Source of the DNA: Catajapyx aquilonaris
Taxonomy: Eukaryota
DNA: 50,493 nucleotides
Direction of reading: 5' to 3'
Assembly (NCBI GenBank): GCA_000934665.2
Contig: KZ538734.1
Coordinates: forward strand, 1-50,493
In this document: positions 49,026 to 50,493 of the stretch, piece after piece
Position numbering within the stretch: the first letter of the stretch is position 1
Layout: each line of letters begins with the position of its first letter
Program-made: the position numbers and the translations under genes
The notes under the pieces: generated by a model
Database searches by the model: none
What the model was told of the DNA's origin: nothing
The model's input: only the letters and a program-made list of their open reading frames with translations

Positions 49026-50400
49026 TATGTATCAATTGACCTGACATAATGCACCACAAAAAACAGAGGTGCAGCAGCCATATGTGTTAAAATATACATT
49101 TTCTGTGTTATTTTCAAACTTTTTCCGAAAATTAAAATTTTAATCGTCATTTTCAAATTTGCGCGTTGTAAAGCGGACCTTACCTGTACTTACTTTCTCT
49201 ACTACGACTAAACATGCAAGGCACTTTTTCAATAGTTGATACATCAATCTGCGGAATTCTGAATTAACCAAAGTGTCATTACAGTACTGAATGGTACACC
49301 GCATATTCATAAATAGTAAAAACTGCCACACTCTCAATACACCCATACATATTCAGTGGCATTGTATCCAATATATCTCCACCTCTCAAAAAGTACCAAT
49401 TACACCGCGTTTCCGGATATCCACACAAACATGTCAGTTGAGAAACAACTGGCATAAAAGAAGTATGGCAACGCAGTTGCGGAGAAAAATCGATGTCCAC
49501 CGACGTTAAGTTCAACTCCAAGGGATTTTTTTTTAAACGCCATACGACTGGAAATGGGCTCGACTGAAGCGTTAGCAATAATGAGTGTCCCGAGCTTATG
49601 CTAATGAAGATTAGTCTGAGGGGTCATACCATAGCTCTGCGCCATTTCGAACGCTGTTTAAAAAGTGCGAGTCAGAAATTCAGCACGCAAAAATCTAAAA
49701 GCAAATTAACTACCTCAGGCCAGAGGCGAGACAAGCGGAGATTATACACTGTATAGATGAAAAGGGAGGTGAAAAAGTGTGGAAAAAATGCCTTTTTTAC
49801 ATGGAAATGGGAATTAATTTTCATGATGTCTCACTTTACTAGACTTACTAGAGCTGCCCCTCAGCGTTCAGCCTGGACCTTATTACCTTACAATACCACC
49901 GACATTGCTTTCCTATTCAACCAAAGGAGGGCAAAAGGAAACCATATTTATGCAAGGTGTCTCAAAAGTCAAGCGTGCGTCATATATCGAATGGTTTCAA
50001 CACGGGCTTATTGTGGAGTTGCCTCGACATCTCAGGGATGGGTTTGTTTGGACAAAAACGTGGGCGTTAGAATACGGACAGATTTTTGGGACATACACAA
50101 GAGGGATAGTTTTTTTTTGCAGTCCAGTTAATTTATTTTTGCACATATAAGCTTAAACGTTCTGTATGGCCGAAAGGTGAATTTCTATTCATTCCAATCT
50201 TATTCAAATCCGTCGACTAGCGTTGAGATCTCTTTCATATATGACTGCTTTAGAAAACTGAAAAATGCGTTGACTATATGGTTTTCTGAAGAGTATAAAA
50301 GCAAGTGCTAGGCATCAAATTACAATAGGCTTTGACTGTATAATGAGGATTTACAGGCAAGGAAAGAACTAATATTTTTAAACACTTACATTCGCATTTA

Positions 50401-50493
50401 CAACAACAACAACAACATCACGACATTTCCCTATGAGGGGTAGTCAGCGATGAAGGGAGACGCAAGCTAACCCAATATATGAACTAATAAAAC
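50401..50493 (-). mobile_element. 3' end of another RTE LINE copy, continuing beyond the window
   Basis: (caa)n-catcacgacatttccctatgaggggtagtcagcgatg is the reverse complement of the RTE 3' end at 44207-44267. Confidence 0.85.

Noticed and set aside
4080..49084. CATATG (Dimmed-type E-box) sites as evidence of autoregulation
   Set aside because: I counted roughly a dozen scattered sites, no more than expected by chance in 50 kb of AT-rich DNA, with no clear cluster.

Overview
Eukaryotic, AT-rich invertebrate (most likely insect/arthropod) genomic DNA; I see no prokaryotic genes, CRISPR array or operon. It holds two convergent spliced genes. On + are the last two coding exons of a MIF4G-domain (MIF4GD/SLIP1-CTIF-like) gene (1313-1441, 4616-4840). 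On - is a dimmed/Mist1-type bHLH transcription factor (exons 14178-14287, 11156-11399, 10098-10403; about 219 aa), and the 3' ends of the two genes appear to abut near 6180-6235. The remaining ~36 kb upstream of dimm has no convincing host coding sequence. It is dense in non-autonomous transposons: long palindromic Tc1/mariner-type MITEs, a Kolobok-type MITE, a hAT MITE, a Helitron, tRNA-derived SINEs and RTE LINE remnants, including a four-level nested insertion at 40.9-44.8 kb. I found no evidence of a new multi-gene system. The most notable items are gene-structure details missed by the ORF track and unusual TE architectures. All calls are by eye, without database searches.
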